From Candidatus Kuenenia stuttgartensis (GTDB lineage Bacteria; Planctomycetota; Planctomycetia; Pirellulales; UBA1268), in NCBI GenBank assembly GCA_945897435.1, contig CAMDFJ010000002.1, positions 6,031 through 70,030 of the forward strand: DNA of 64,000 nt. The letters are read 5' to 3'. A program made the position numbers and the translations under genes. Below, one piece after another: positions 28,857-41,211 of the stretch; position 1 is the first letter of the stretch, and each line of letters begins with the position of its first letter. The notes beneath the pieces are model-generated. The model did no database searches. It was not told the DNA's origin and was given only the letters and a program-made list of their open reading frames with translations.

Positions 28857-30011
28857 TCAGTGCCAACGTTTGAGCCAGCCCCTGCGCCAGAAAAACACCA
28901 CCATCCCCGAGACGGTCAGCAGCATGATGCCGACGGCGACGATCGCGCCGTAGCGATAGGTGAGCAGGGGCATGTTCCAGGGAGAACTCGTGTCGAAGTT
29001 CATCCCGTAGTATCCGGTGATGAACGTCAGCGGCATGAAGATCGTGGCGATGACGGTGAGGAGTTTCATCACGTCATTCATCCGGTTGTTGAGGCTGGCC
29101 AGGTAGATGTCCCTCAGGTCGCTGCCGATCTCCCGATAGCTCTCCATCAGGTCGAGCAGTTCCATGGTGTGGTCGTAGGAGTCGCGGAAGTGGGCCCGGG
29201 CATGGTCGCCGACGAGAGGGGTGGGTTCCCTGCCGAGGGCGTGGAGCAGGTCCCGGGTCGGCCAGAGCGCCCGCCGCAGCGTCATCAGGTCGTTTCGCAC
29301 ATCGTGGATTCCGACCAGCGAGGTCCTCGAAGGACGATCGAGGGCCTCCTCCTCGAGTGATTCGAGCCGGTCGCCGAACCGCTCCAGCACCGGGAAATAT
29401 CCGTCGATCAGCACGTCCAGCAGGAAGGCGCAGAGGGCGTCACAGCCCTCCCGGCCGATGTGGGTGCGGCCATGGCGAATCCGGTCGCGGACGAGGTCGA
29501 AGGGATCGGGGGCGGACTGTTCCCGGAATGTGATCAGATAGCGGTCGCCGAGGAAGATGCCTACGGGATCGGTGACGATCGCATCCCCGTCGAACCGCAC
29601 GGTGCGGGCCGCCACCAGCACCTGATGGCCGAACACCTCCACCTTCGGCCGCTCATCCGGCGTGACGGCGTCCTCGAGGGCGAGTTCTTCGATCTCGAAG
29701 ACGTCGCCGATCAGCCTGTTGGTGGCCAGATCCTCGAGCCCCTCGATGTCGATCCAGACGACCGGCCACTTCTCTCTGGCGACCGTCAACTGCTCGGGAC
29801 GGATGATGGTGGTCTCCTCGACCTGCGTCCCGTCGCAGCAGAGCATCCGCAGGATGGCGGGACGCTCGAGGGCGGACTCTTCCCCGTCGTCATTGCCGCT
29901 CAGCGTCATCAGGGGCGTTGCCGCCGACGGGGCGGACGATCCATCGACTGGTGGATTTTTTGGATAGGCGTGACGATGGCGGCGACGGCGACGCTGTTTC
30001 CGATGTGACAT
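28857..30011 (-). CDS. corA: magnesium/cobalt transporter CorA
   Basis: The C-terminal two TM helices carry FMPLTFITGYYGMNF (the YGMNF signature). The N-terminal soluble domain is of CorA size. The start is uncertain because the first ~30 residues are very basic. Confidence 0.85.
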   Translation of the reverse strand: MSHRKQRRRRRHRHAYPKNPPVDGSSAPSAATPLMTLSGNDDGEESALERPAILRMLCCDGTQVEETTIIRPEQLTVAREKWPVVWIDIEGLEDLATNRLIGDVFEIEELALEDAVTPDERPKVEVFGHQVLVAARTVRFDGDAIVTDPVGIFLGDRYLITFREQSAPDPFDLVRDRIRHGRTHIGREGCDALCAFLLDVLIDGYFPVLERFGDRLESLEEEALDRPSRTSLVGIHDVRNDLMTLRRALWPTRDLLHALGREPTPLVGDHARAHFRDSYDHTMELLDLMESYREIGSDLRDIYLASLNNRMNDVMKLLTVIATIFMPLTFITGYYGMNFDTSSPWNMPLLTYRYGAIVAVGIMLLTVSGMVVFFWRRGWLKRWH

Positions 30012-30143
30012 CTCTCGAACCCTATCCCAAGCCTTGTCTCAGACACCTGAACTGAACGTTGCCGAAAGATGATAGCGACCGTCTGGCCGTGATACTTCAG
30101 CCGTGTCGATCGCCAGCCCCGCGGCCTGCTAGGCTTTCCCCCA

Positions 30144-30527
30144 ATGTCGCAGTCCCCAGAACACTCTCCGGTTGGCGAGGCCATGGTCTGGGCATCCCGC
30201 ATCATGGCGATAGGACTGACGATGTTTCTCCCGGGCGTGGCGGGAAACTGGCTGGACGCCCGCCTGGGAACGCAACTGCTCGGCCCTGCCGGCCTGGTGA
30301 TCGGATTCTCGACCGGGATCTTCTGGTTGGCCCAGCTGGGCCGACAGTCGCAGCGTCGCCGAAGGGAGAGACTCGCCGCGGCTACGACCCGGAAAACGGT
30401 TCAGACCGCCGGATTGGCCGCGAGCCACTGCGGCGAACAGGACCGGACTTGGCGCCCAACCGGCCTTCATGGCACCGTACGCAGCCCCACCGACCCCCGA
30501 AGCCCGCCGGACCGTTCCGGACCCTGA
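30144..30527 (+). CDS. atpZ: AtpZ/AtpI-family small membrane protein (ATPase_gene1-like)
   Basis: MVWASRIMAIGLTMFLPGVAGNWLDARLGTQLLGPAGLVIGFSTGIFWL forms two TM helices with the G..G..LD motif, at the head of the atp operon. The long basic C-terminal tail is unusual. Confidence 0.7.
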   Translation: MSQSPEHSPVGEAMVWASRIMAIGLTMFLPGVAGNWLDARLGTQLLGPAGLVIGFSTGIFWLAQLGRQSQRRRRERLAAATTRKTVQTAGLAASHCGEQDRTWRPTGLHGTVRSPTDPRSPPDRSGP

Positions 30528-30529
30528 CA

Positions 30530-30961
30530 TTGGCCCATCCTCCATCCAACGAACAGCGAAACAACGACCGGCGGCGGGGCACATGGCTTGGTGCCTTCAC
30601 GCTGCTCGGGGTCCTCGCCGCGGCGGTGGCGGTCGCCCTTGCCATTGGCGGCGGGCCGCGCTGGAAGGAGGCTGTGGCTTTTGCGGCGGGGGTGAGCCTC
30701 GTTGCAGCGGCGGCTGGCTGGCTGGTGGCCCGACTCGGTCCCCGGGACCCGGCCCTTGCGGTGGCCTCGAATCTGGCGGCTGTCACGCTGCGGATCGTCC
30801 CCCCGCTGGTGGCCCTCGGCTGGCTCAACAGCGGGGGAAAAGGCCTGCTGGCGGCCGGCGCCGGAGGGCTGCTGGTCGCTTTTTATCTGACCCTCCTTGC
30901 CACCGACATCGTTCTGAACATCATGATGGCTCCGCAGGCTCCAGTCTCGCGCACGAGGTGA
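30530..30961 (+). CDS. atpI: ATP synthase protein I-like membrane protein (non-ATG start inferred)
   Basis: The frame of track ORF 30059..30961 encodes four hydrophobic helices only in its last ~140 codons (WLGAFTLLGVLAAAVAVALAIGG...LLVAFYLTLLATDIVLNIMM). There is no in-frame ATG. TTG at 30530 lies 2 nt after the atpZ stop. Confidence 0.5.
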   Translation: MAHPPSNEQRNNDRRRGTWLGAFTLLGVLAAAVAVALAIGGGPRWKEAVAFAAGVSLVAAAAGWLVARLGPRDPALAVASNLAAVTLRIVPPLVALGWLNSGGKGLLAAGAGGLLVAFYLTLLATDIVLNIMMAPQAPVSRTR

Positions 30962-30965
30962 TCCC

Positions 30966-31985
30966 ATGTCGGCAAATCCCATCTACCACCTCAAGGACTG
31001 CTATTTCTTCGAGGTGCCCAAGGCAATGTGGCGGCAGGGCTGGAAGACCCTTGACGACGTGCCCGCATTTTTGCGAACCGCCCATCCCGAGGTGGGCGAC
31101 GTGCGGGAGTTCAATGCGGCGATGGACGGGAAAATCCTGATCCCGCAGCCGTTCGCCCAGTTGGAGAGCCTCTATTCGGTCAAGTCTGGGTTTGGAATCT
31201 CCAAGTACATGATCCTCGAACTGATCGTGGCGGCGGCCCTGTTTTTGATCTTCACCTGGGTCGCCGCACGGCTCCGCTCGGGCGGTGCACCGAGGGGCCG
31301 GATGCTCAACCTCTTCGAGTCGATGCTGGTGTTCGTCCGAGATCAGATCGCGCGGCCCGCGATCGACGACCCGCATGCCCACGACCATGCCGCCGAAGAC
31401 GGGCACCAGGGGCATGGCGGCCATGGACACGCCGCCGCCCATGCCCTTCCGGCCCACGAAGGCGACGCCTACGTGCCGCTGCTCTGGACGCTGTTCTTCT
31501 TCGTGCTCGGCTGCAACCTGTTTGGAATGGTGCCCTGGGCTGGATCGCCGACCGCGTCGTTCTCCGTCACCCTGGCCCTGGCCGGCGTCGCCTTCGCCTC
31601 GGTCGTGCTGGCTGGCATGTGGAAATTCGGATTCCTCGGCTTTTTCTTCAATCAGGTGCCGTCGATGGATCTGCCGGTCTTCCTCAGCCCGCTCAAGCTG
31701 CTGATTTTCCTGATCGAGATCCTCGGCCTCTGCATCAAGCACCTGATCCTCGCGGTCCGACTGCTGGCCAACATGGTCGCCGGCCACCTCGTGCTGCTCG
31801 GCATCATGGGGATGATCGGTGCTGCAGCCTCGTATTCGACCGGCATGTGGGCCACGGTGACCGGGATCAGCGTGATCAGCGCGACGCTTTTCAGCGTGCT
31901 GGAACTGTTCGTCGCCTTTCTGCAGGCCTACATTTTCACCTTCCTTTCGGCCCTGTTCATCGGAGCTTCCGTCCACCACCACTGA
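30966..31985 (+). CDS. atpB: F0F1 ATP synthase subunit a
   Basis: LAVRLLANMVAGHLVL holds the essential Arg region, and FVAFLQAYIFTFLSALFIG is a typical C-terminus. The protein has an ~90-aa N-terminal extension before the first TM helix. Confidence 0.9.
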   Translation: MSANPIYHLKDCYFFEVPKAMWRQGWKTLDDVPAFLRTAHPEVGDVREFNAAMDGKILIPQPFAQLESLYSVKSGFGISKYMILELIVAAALFLIFTWVAARLRSGGAPRGRMLNLFESMLVFVRDQIARPAIDDPHAHDHAAEDGHQGHGGHGHAAAHALPAHEGDAYVPLLWTLFFFVLGCNLFGMVPWAGSPTASFSVTLALAGVAFASVVLAGMWKFGFLGFFFNQVPSMDLPVFLSPLKLLIFLIEILGLCIKHLILAVRLLANMVAGHLVLLGIMGMIGAAASYSTGMWATVTGISVISATLFSVLELFVAFLQAYIFTFLSALFIGASVHHH

Positions 31986-32160
31986 TACCCCGCGGGCCCC
32001 AAAAAAGCCCCGGCCGCAAAACTGGCCTTCAAATTCCACCCGATTACCGTAGAACACGCATTCCCCGAATGCCCTTCGGTCCGAGAGCACGATTCACGTT
32101 TGGTTTTCAATCCCCTACCGGAACTCGTTCCGGATTCCCCGTTGCAAGGAGCATGATCCC

Positions 32161-32484
32161 GTGATGATCCGATCGATTCTTTCCGCCCGCTCGCTGTCCG
32201 TCCTGGCTGCCGTTGCGCTCACCTTCTTCGTCGCTGACATCGCCAACGCCCAGGAGGCTGCCGCAGCCGGCCGTTCGCTCATCGACCTGACGAGCGCTTT
32301 CAGTGTTGCCCTCGTCGTCATCGGTGCCGCCCTCGGCATCAGCAAACTGGCCGCATCGGCCTACGAGAGCATGGCCCGCCAGCCCGAGGTTTCGGGCAAC
32401 ATCCAGACGGCCATGATCATCGCGGCCGCCCTGATCGAAGGCTTCACGTTCTACGCGCTGTTCATCTGCTCGCAGAAGGCCTGA
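32161..32484 (+). CDS. atpE: F0F1 ATP synthase subunit c with N-terminal signal-peptide-like extension
   Basis: Helical hairpin VALVVIGAALGISKLAASAYESMARQPEVSGNIQTAMIIAAALIEGFTFYALFI, with an ARQPE loop and a carboxylate E in helix 2. AAGGAG at 32146-32151. Start GTG at 32161 or ATG at 32164. Confidence 0.9.
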   Translation: MMIRSILSARSLSVLAAVALTFFVADIANAQEAAAAGRSLIDLTSAFSVALVVIGAALGISKLAASAYESMARQPEVSGNIQTAMIIAAALIEGFTFYALFICSQKA

Positions 32485-32654
32485 CTTTCGTCGATCCGCG
32501 TGGCCCTCTCCGGGCCCCGCGGCGACTGCCCTGCAGGTTGGTGCGGCGGAGGAGATGTCCCCGCCGTGCCGACCGGCACGGGGGCAGACGAACACCGTTG
32601 CCAGAGATACGTTTCCGAACAGGTTTCCGAACGATTCATTTCGAGGATTTCGAC

Positions 32655-33374
32655 GTGACAAGGCTTCCCCGTCATGCTGCTCTGACCGCCCTCTTTCTGG
32701 CGATCTTCGTCCTCCCAATCCTCCCGGGCGGTGGTGGAAAGACCCTTGGCGCAGACCACGCCACCGGACATGACGGACATGACGGACATGGGCACACCGA
32801 ACACCATGTCGAGATCGGCCATAAACCTCCCAGCGGAATGACGGCGGCTGAATTCGAGAGCCCGGCCGAGTTTCGCAGGGATCTCGCGATCTGGTCGGCG
32901 GCCGTGTTTCTCACGCTGCTGGGTCTGCTCACCAAGTTTGCCTGGAAGCCGATCATGCAGGCGCTCGACACCCGCGAGCAGGGAATCGCCGACCTGATCG
33001 CGGCGACGAAGGCAGCAAACGACGACGCCAAGCAGATGCTCGTCTCCTACGAGCGGCGGCTCGCCGAAGCCTCGGACGAGGTCCGCGGCATGCTCGAGGA
33101 GGCCCGCCGTGATGCAGACGTCACCCGGCAGTCGATCGTGGCCGAGGCCCGCAAGGCTGCCGAGGAAGAACAGTCCCGCGCCAAGCGTGAAATCGGCCAG
33201 GCCCGCGACGAGGCGCTCGCCCAGATCGCCGAGAAAGCCGGGGATCTGGCCGTCGAGGTGGCGGGCAAGTTTCTTCGCGAAAAGATCGGCAAGGATGAGC
33301 ATGCCCGTCTGATTCGGGATTCCGTCGCCAGCCTCGCATCCCAGCCTCGCGTCGGTGGCCCAAGCCTCAACTGA
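32655..33374 (+). CDS. atpF: F0F1 ATP synthase subunit b
   Basis: Track ORF 32538..33374 trimmed to GTG at 32655 (GAGGA 7 nt upstream). A long charged coiled coil is typical of subunit b (KPIMQALDTREQGIADLIAATKAANDDAKQML...AEEEQSRAKREI). An extra N-terminal hydrophobic segment and a His-rich tract are present. Confidence 0.8.
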   Translation: MTRLPRHAALTALFLAIFVLPILPGGGGKTLGADHATGHDGHDGHGHTEHHVEIGHKPPSGMTAAEFESPAEFRRDLAIWSAAVFLTLLGLLTKFAWKPIMQALDTREQGIADLIAATKAANDDAKQMLVSYERRLAEASDEVRGMLEEARRDADVTRQSIVAEARKAAEEEQSRAKREIGQARDEALAQIAEKAGDLAVEVAGKFLREKIGKDEHARLIRDSVASLASQPRVGGPSLN

Positions 33375-34013
33375 CCGGTACTTTTTCTCGAGACACAAGC
33401 CAGACACTCCACGTCATGCCCGACACGGCCACACAAGCGTCCGACCCAGCCAGTCTTCCGACCGACACGGGAGTGGCACGTCTGGCAAGGGTCTATGCCC
33501 AGGCGATCGTTGATGCGGCCGACAGCAAGGGATGCCGCGGCGAAGTGCTTGCCGAACTCGGATCGATGGTCCACGAGGTGCTTGCGAAGGTGCCATCGGC
33601 AGCGGCCGTGTTTGCCTCGCCGAGGATCAGCCCGGACGAGAAGTCGGCGATGATCGACAAGATCTGCGGCGAGAAACTGCTCCCCACGACGCTCCACAGC
33701 CTTCACATTCTCGCCCGCCACGGCCGTCTCGGACTGCTCCGCGAGGTGGTCGACGCTGCTGCCGTCCTCTGCGACGAGCGTGACGGCCTGCGACGGGCCA
33801 CGTTCACCACAGTCGTTCCACTCGACAGCGCCGAGCAGGAGCGACTCGCCGCCGAGGTGGGCCGCCTCATCGGTTTCAGGCTGGCACCCACGTTCACCGT
33901 CAATCCAGACGTCATCGGCGGACTCGTCGTCCGCATCGATGACACCGTCTATGACCATTCCGTTGCCACGAGTCTCGAGCGACTCGGCGACCGGCTGAAG
34001 CAGAGGAGTATCA

Positions 34014-35564
<1,551 letters not shown>

Positions 35565-35653
35565 GCGAGGCCTGTCGGGGCGGACCCGGCAGAGAGTTGA
35601 CGAATCGACTGACACACTGACCAACACCGGGGCGACCAGCAGGGCGACACACG

Positions 35654-36538
35654 ATGGCTAAGGCACGGGCACTCGACCGACGCCGCCGTTCCGTGAGGAA
35701 CATCCGCAAGATCACGCGCACGATGGAACTGATCGCGACCGCGAGGTTCAAGAAGGCGATGGACCGGTCGATCGCGGCGCGGGACTACACGAACCGGCTG
35801 GCAAAAATTCTGGAAAATATCGCCGGCGTGGGGGCCGGGGTGGCCCATCCTCTGCTCGAGGTTCGGCCCACGACGCGGTCGGCAGTCCTCGTCCTCACAG
35901 GCAACCGCGGCCTCTGCGGCGGCTACAACTCGAACATCGTGCGGCAGTCACTGGCCCTGCTCGGGCAGTGGCGGAGCGAGCGGGTCGAAACCCACGTGGC
36001 CGTCTCGGGCAAGCGGGGGATTTCAGCCCTCAAGTTTCGCGGCATCCCGATGGAGGAGCGCTACACGAACTTCGAGGACAAGCCCGAGTTCGAAGCGGTG
36101 GCGCCGATCGGACGGGCCTACCTTGCCGCCTACTCGGCCGGCGAGATCGACCGCCTCGACGTCGTCTACACGAAGTTCGAGAGCATCTCCAGGCAGTCGG
36201 CGGTCACCGAGATGCTGCTGCCGCTCAAGGCCCCCGAACCGGCGGGGGCCGCCTCCGGCCCGATCCAACTCGCCTCCCAGGAATATGATTTTTATCCCTC
36301 CGCAGAGAGCATTCTCGAAGAGATCCTGCCGGCGAGTTTCCTCTCCAGACTGTTCAAGTGCTTCCTCGACGCTGCGGTCAGCGAGCAGGTGGCCCGAATG
36401 GTGGCGATGAAGTCGGCCAGCGAAAATGCCGGTGGCCTGATCAAGGATCTCTCCCGCCGCTACAACCGGGCCCGACAGTCGCAGATCACCGGCGAGATCA
36501 TGGAGATTCTCGGCGGCGTCGAGGCGTTGAAGCAGTGA
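35654..36538 (+). CDS. atpG: F0F1 ATP synthase subunit gamma
   Basis: RNIRKITRTMELIATARFKKA, TGNRGLCGGYN, and C-terminal YNRARQSQITGEIMEILGG. Confidence 0.95.
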   Translation: MAKARALDRRRRSVRNIRKITRTMELIATARFKKAMDRSIAARDYTNRLAKILENIAGVGAGVAHPLLEVRPTTRSAVLVLTGNRGLCGGYNSNIVRQSLALLGQWRSERVETHVAVSGKRGISALKFRGIPMEERYTNFEDKPEFEAVAPIGRAYLAAYSAGEIDRLDVVYTKFESISRQSAVTEMLLPLKAPEPAGAASGPIQLASQEYDFYPSAESILEEILPASFLSRLFKCFLDAAVSEQVARMVAMKSASENAGGLIKDLSRRYNRARQSQITGEIMEILGGVEALKQ

Positions 36539-36553
36539 ACGAGAGACGAATGA

Positions 36554-38104
<1,551 letters not shown>

Positions 38105-38157
38105 CATTTTCCAGAGTCGGGAACGGCTGATCCGTATACTTCCGCAAAGCACCCCCC

Positions 38158-38583
38158 ATGGCAGAAACCAAGCACTCTGGCATCCGCTGCGTCATCGTCA
38201 CCCCGGAGTCGACGATCCTCGACATCCGGGCCCGTTCCGTGTCGCTGCCGCTGTTCGACGGCCAGCGGGGCGTCGCCCGCGGCCATGCCCCGTTCATCGG
38301 ACGCCTCGGAGCCGGCGAGGTGAGGATCGTGCCCGAGCAGGGTGCGGAGGGAGGCCCCCGGCTGTTCTTCGCGGAGGGTGGCTTCGTCGAGGTCGGCCAC
38401 GACGCCGTGACGATCATCACGCAGCGTGCCATCCCCGGCGACAAACTCAGCGCTGCCGAGGCGAAAGCGGAACTGGAGCGGCTTCGGTCAGCCCCGGCGA
38501 TCGGCGACGAGGCGATCGAGGAGCGTCTGAAGGCCGAGGAGATCGCCCGGGCCCTGGCACGGGCAGCCGCCCACGCCCGGTAG
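38158..38583 (+). CDS. atpC: F0F1 ATP synthase subunit epsilon
   Basis: Size and position after atpD. An N-terminal beta-sandwich-like region (IRCVIVTPESTILD...VSLPLFDGQRGV) and a C-terminal helical AEAKAELERL. Confidence 0.9.
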   Translation: MAETKHSGIRCVIVTPESTILDIRARSVSLPLFDGQRGVARGHAPFIGRLGAGEVRIVPEQGAEGGPRLFFAEGGFVEVGHDAVTIITQRAIPGDKLSAAEAKAELERLRSAPAIGDEAIEERLKAEEIARALARAAAHAR

Positions 38584-38593
38584 GAGCCGTTCA

Positions 38594-39973
38594 ATGGCCA
38601 CCTCCGCAGACGGGCCAGCGGCGTTCATCGTCCTCGACCGGCCGGAGTCTCTTGCGATCGCCAGGCTGATCCTGACGGTGGTTACGATGCTGTCGCTGTC
38701 CCGGGGAACGGTCGCCGCCCAGGAGCGTCCGAAGGCGTTCGTCGGGGCGACCCTGCTGCCAATCTCGGGTCCGCCCATCGCCAGCGGAGTGATCGTCGTC
38801 CGCGATGGCAAGATCAGCGCGATCGGGCCGGAGGCATCGACATCGGTTCCGGAAGATTCGGAGCGGATCGATCTGAAGGGCAGGGTGATCATGCCCGGAC
38901 TCGTCGACACGCACAGCCACGTCGGTGGCGGCAGCGGTGCAGACTCGAGCGGTCCGATCCAGGCCGACGTGAGAATCCTCGATTCGATCAACGTCCGCGA
39001 CGCCGGCTTCCGAAAGGCCCGAGCCGGAGGCCTGACCACGCTCAACATCATGCCGGGCTCCGGACACCTCGCCAGCGGGCAGACGGTCTATGTCAAGCTT
39101 CGTGACGCCGAGACGATCGAGGACATCATCTACCGCGATGCGGCGGGAAACATGCTCTGCGGGCTGAAGATGGCCAACGGAACCAACTCCCAGCGGAATC
39201 CGCCGTTTCCCGGCACGCGGGCCAAGTCGGCGGCCCTCGTGCGACAGAAGTTCCTCAAGGCCGACGAATACCGCCAGAAACTCCGGCTCGCGGCCGAGGA
39301 CTCCGAGAAGCGGCCTGATCGGGACCTGGAGATGGAATCGCTCGTCGAGGTCCTCGATGGAACCCGCGTGGTGCATCATCATGTCCACCGGGCAGACGAC
39401 ATCCTGACCGTGCTGCGACTACGCGAGGAGTTTGGTTTCGAGGTCGTCCTCCATCATGCCAGCGAGGCATGGAAGGTGGCCGACCAGATTGCCCGGGCGG
39501 GCGTTCCCTGTTCGGTGATCGTCGTTGACAGCCCCGGTGGGAAACTCGAAATGATGGACTTCTCACTGGCGACGGGAGCGGTGCTGGAGAGGGCCGGCGT
39601 CGCCTGTGCGATCCACACCGACGACCCCGTCACCGACTCGCGGCTTTTCCTCAGAACAGCTGCCCTGGCGGTACGGGCCGGGATGACGCGGGCAAAGGCC
39701 CTCGAGTCGGTCACCCTGGCCGGAGCCAAAATGCTTCGGCTGGAGGATCGGATCGGGTCGCTCGACGTCGGCAAGGACGCCGATCTGATCGTCCTTTCAG
39801 GCGATCCGCTCTCGGTGCAGACGAAGGTGCTGCACACGTACGTCGAAGGGCGGAAGGTCTTCGACAGGGAGAATCCGGAGGACCGGCTGTTTGCAGTCGG
39901 CGGCTTCGGTGGCAGCCGCGACCAATTCGCCGAGGCCTGCTGCACGGCTCCCGCAGTCGAGGCCAGCCGATGA
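38594..39973 (+). CDS. secreted amidohydrolase-family protein
   Basis: Hydrophobic N-terminus, VIMPGLVDTHSHVGG (HxH metal site), and ...HTDDPV..., DADLIVLSGDPL typical of the amidohydrolase superfamily. The start is uncertain. Confidence 0.8.
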   Translation: MATSADGPAAFIVLDRPESLAIARLILTVVTMLSLSRGTVAAQERPKAFVGATLLPISGPPIASGVIVVRDGKISAIGPEASTSVPEDSERIDLKGRVIMPGLVDTHSHVGGGSGADSSGPIQADVRILDSINVRDAGFRKARAGGLTTLNIMPGSGHLASGQTVYVKLRDAETIEDIIYRDAAGNMLCGLKMANGTNSQRNPPFPGTRAKSAALVRQKFLKADEYRQKLRLAAEDSEKRPDRDLEMESLVEVLDGTRVVHHHVHRADDILTVLRLREEFGFEVVLHHASEAWKVADQIARAGVPCSVIVVDSPGGKLEMMDFSLATGAVLERAGVACAIHTDDPVTDSRLFLRTAALAVRAGMTRAKALESVTLAGAKMLRLEDRIGSLDVGKDADLIVLSGDPLSVQTKVLHTYVEGRKVFDRENPEDRLFAVGGFGGSRDQFAEACCTAPAVEASR

Positions 39974-41193
39974 AGCAGCTTTCCCTCGCTTCGACCATCG
40001 CCCTCCTGCTGGCGGTCCTCCCGCCGAGGGCCTCCGCCGCCGAGGCCCTCGCCATCCGGGGTGATCTCGTCTACACGATGGCCGGCCCGGCGATCCGCGA
40101 CGGAGTGGTGCTGATCGCTGACGGACGCATCCGTGCCGTCGGTCCGGCCGGGGAGGTCCTGGTTCCCGACGGCACCAGACTGATCCAAGCCGCTGTCGTC
40201 ACGCCGGGCCTGATCGACGCCCACACCGTCGTCGGATTGAGCGGCTACCTGAATCAGGAGCAGGATCAGGACCAGCTCGACGACGGCGACCCGATCCAGC
40301 CGGAACTCCGGGCCATCGATGCCTACAACCCGCGGGAGCGGCTCCTCGAATGGGTTCGCGGGTTCGGCATCACGACGATCCACACAGGTCACGCTCCAGG
40401 CGCACTCATCTCCGGCCAGACAATGGTGACGAAGACCGCCGGCGACGCGATGCTCCGGCCGGTTGCAATGGTCGCGGTCACGCTGGGCGATGCCGGCCGG
40501 GCGGGCGAGGGGGAGAAAAAGTCACCCGGAACCCGGAGCAAATCGGTGGCCATGCTCCGCGCCGAACTCCTTCGCGGCCAGGCGTACCTTCGGAAGCGGC
40601 AGCTCGAGGACGAGACGAAGCGACCCGACAAGGACCTTCGGCTCGAGGCCATCGCCAACGTGCTCGATGGTACCTGGCCGCTGCTCGTCACCGTCGATCG
40701 GGCCACCGACATCGCCTCGGCTCTGCGGATCGCCGAGGAGTTCAAGTTGCGGATCGTGCTCGACTCCGCCGCCGAGGCCTATCTGCTCAGCGACAGGATC
40801 AGGGCGGCCGGCGTGCCTGTCATCCTCCACCCAACCATGCGCCGTGCCGGGACGGGAGAAACCGAGAACCTCGCAATGGACACCGCAGCCAGACTCCGCC
40901 GGGCCGGGATTCCTTTCGCCCTGCAGAGCGGCTACGAGTCGTACGTGCCGAAGACACGAGTCGTCCTCTTTGAGGCCGGCGTCGCCCTCGCCAACGGCCT
41001 CTCAACCGAGGAGGCACTGGCCTCGATCACGATCGACGCGGCCGGAATCCTCGGAGTCGCCGACCGCGTCGGCTCGCTCGCCGTCGGCAAGGATGGCGAT
41101 GTCGCGACCTACGACGGCGATCCCTTCGAATTCACGACCCACTGCACGGCCGTCGTGATCGACGGCGACGTCGTCAGCGACGACCCCCGCTGA
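39970..41193 (+). CDS. secreted amidohydrolase-family protein (paralogue)
   Basis: ATGA start/stop overlap with the preceding gene. Signal peptide MKQLSLASTIALLLAVLPPRASAAEA. VVTPGLIDAHTVVG, and DGDVATYDGDPFE parallels the DADLIVLSGDPL motif of the neighbour. Confidence 0.8.
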   Translation: MKQLSLASTIALLLAVLPPRASAAEALAIRGDLVYTMAGPAIRDGVVLIADGRIRAVGPAGEVLVPDGTRLIQAAVVTPGLIDAHTVVGLSGYLNQEQDQDQLDDGDPIQPELRAIDAYNPRERLLEWVRGFGITTIHTGHAPGALISGQTMVTKTAGDAMLRPVAMVAVTLGDAGRAGEGEKKSPGTRSKSVAMLRAELLRGQAYLRKRQLEDETKRPDKDLRLEAIANVLDGTWPLLVTVDRATDIASALRIAEEFKLRIVLDSAAEAYLLSDRIRAAGVPVILHPTMRRAGTGETENLAMDTAARLRRAGIPFALQSGYESYVPKTRVVLFEAGVALANGLSTEEALASITIDAAGILGVADRVGSLAVGKDGDVATYDGDPFEFTTHCTAVVIDGDVVSDDPR

Positions 41194-41211
41194 GGCCAGG
41201 CCCGCGGAAGA

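Noticed and set aside
30012-30143. Mg2+-sensing (M-box) riboswitch upstream of corA.
   Set aside because: Only ~130 nt are available, and they are shared with the divergent atp operon promoter. I see none of the M-box conserved segments. The true corA start may also lie further downstream.
30469-31140. ORF 30469..31140 (+, 223 aa) and other alternative-frame ORFs overlapping atpI/atpB, and ORF 4635..5429 (+) overlapping the repeat region and the lipoprotein gene.
   Set aside because: Their translations are Arg/Gly/Pro-rich and read through repeat sequence or the opposite or alternate frame of genes with clear membrane-protein or lipoprotein features.
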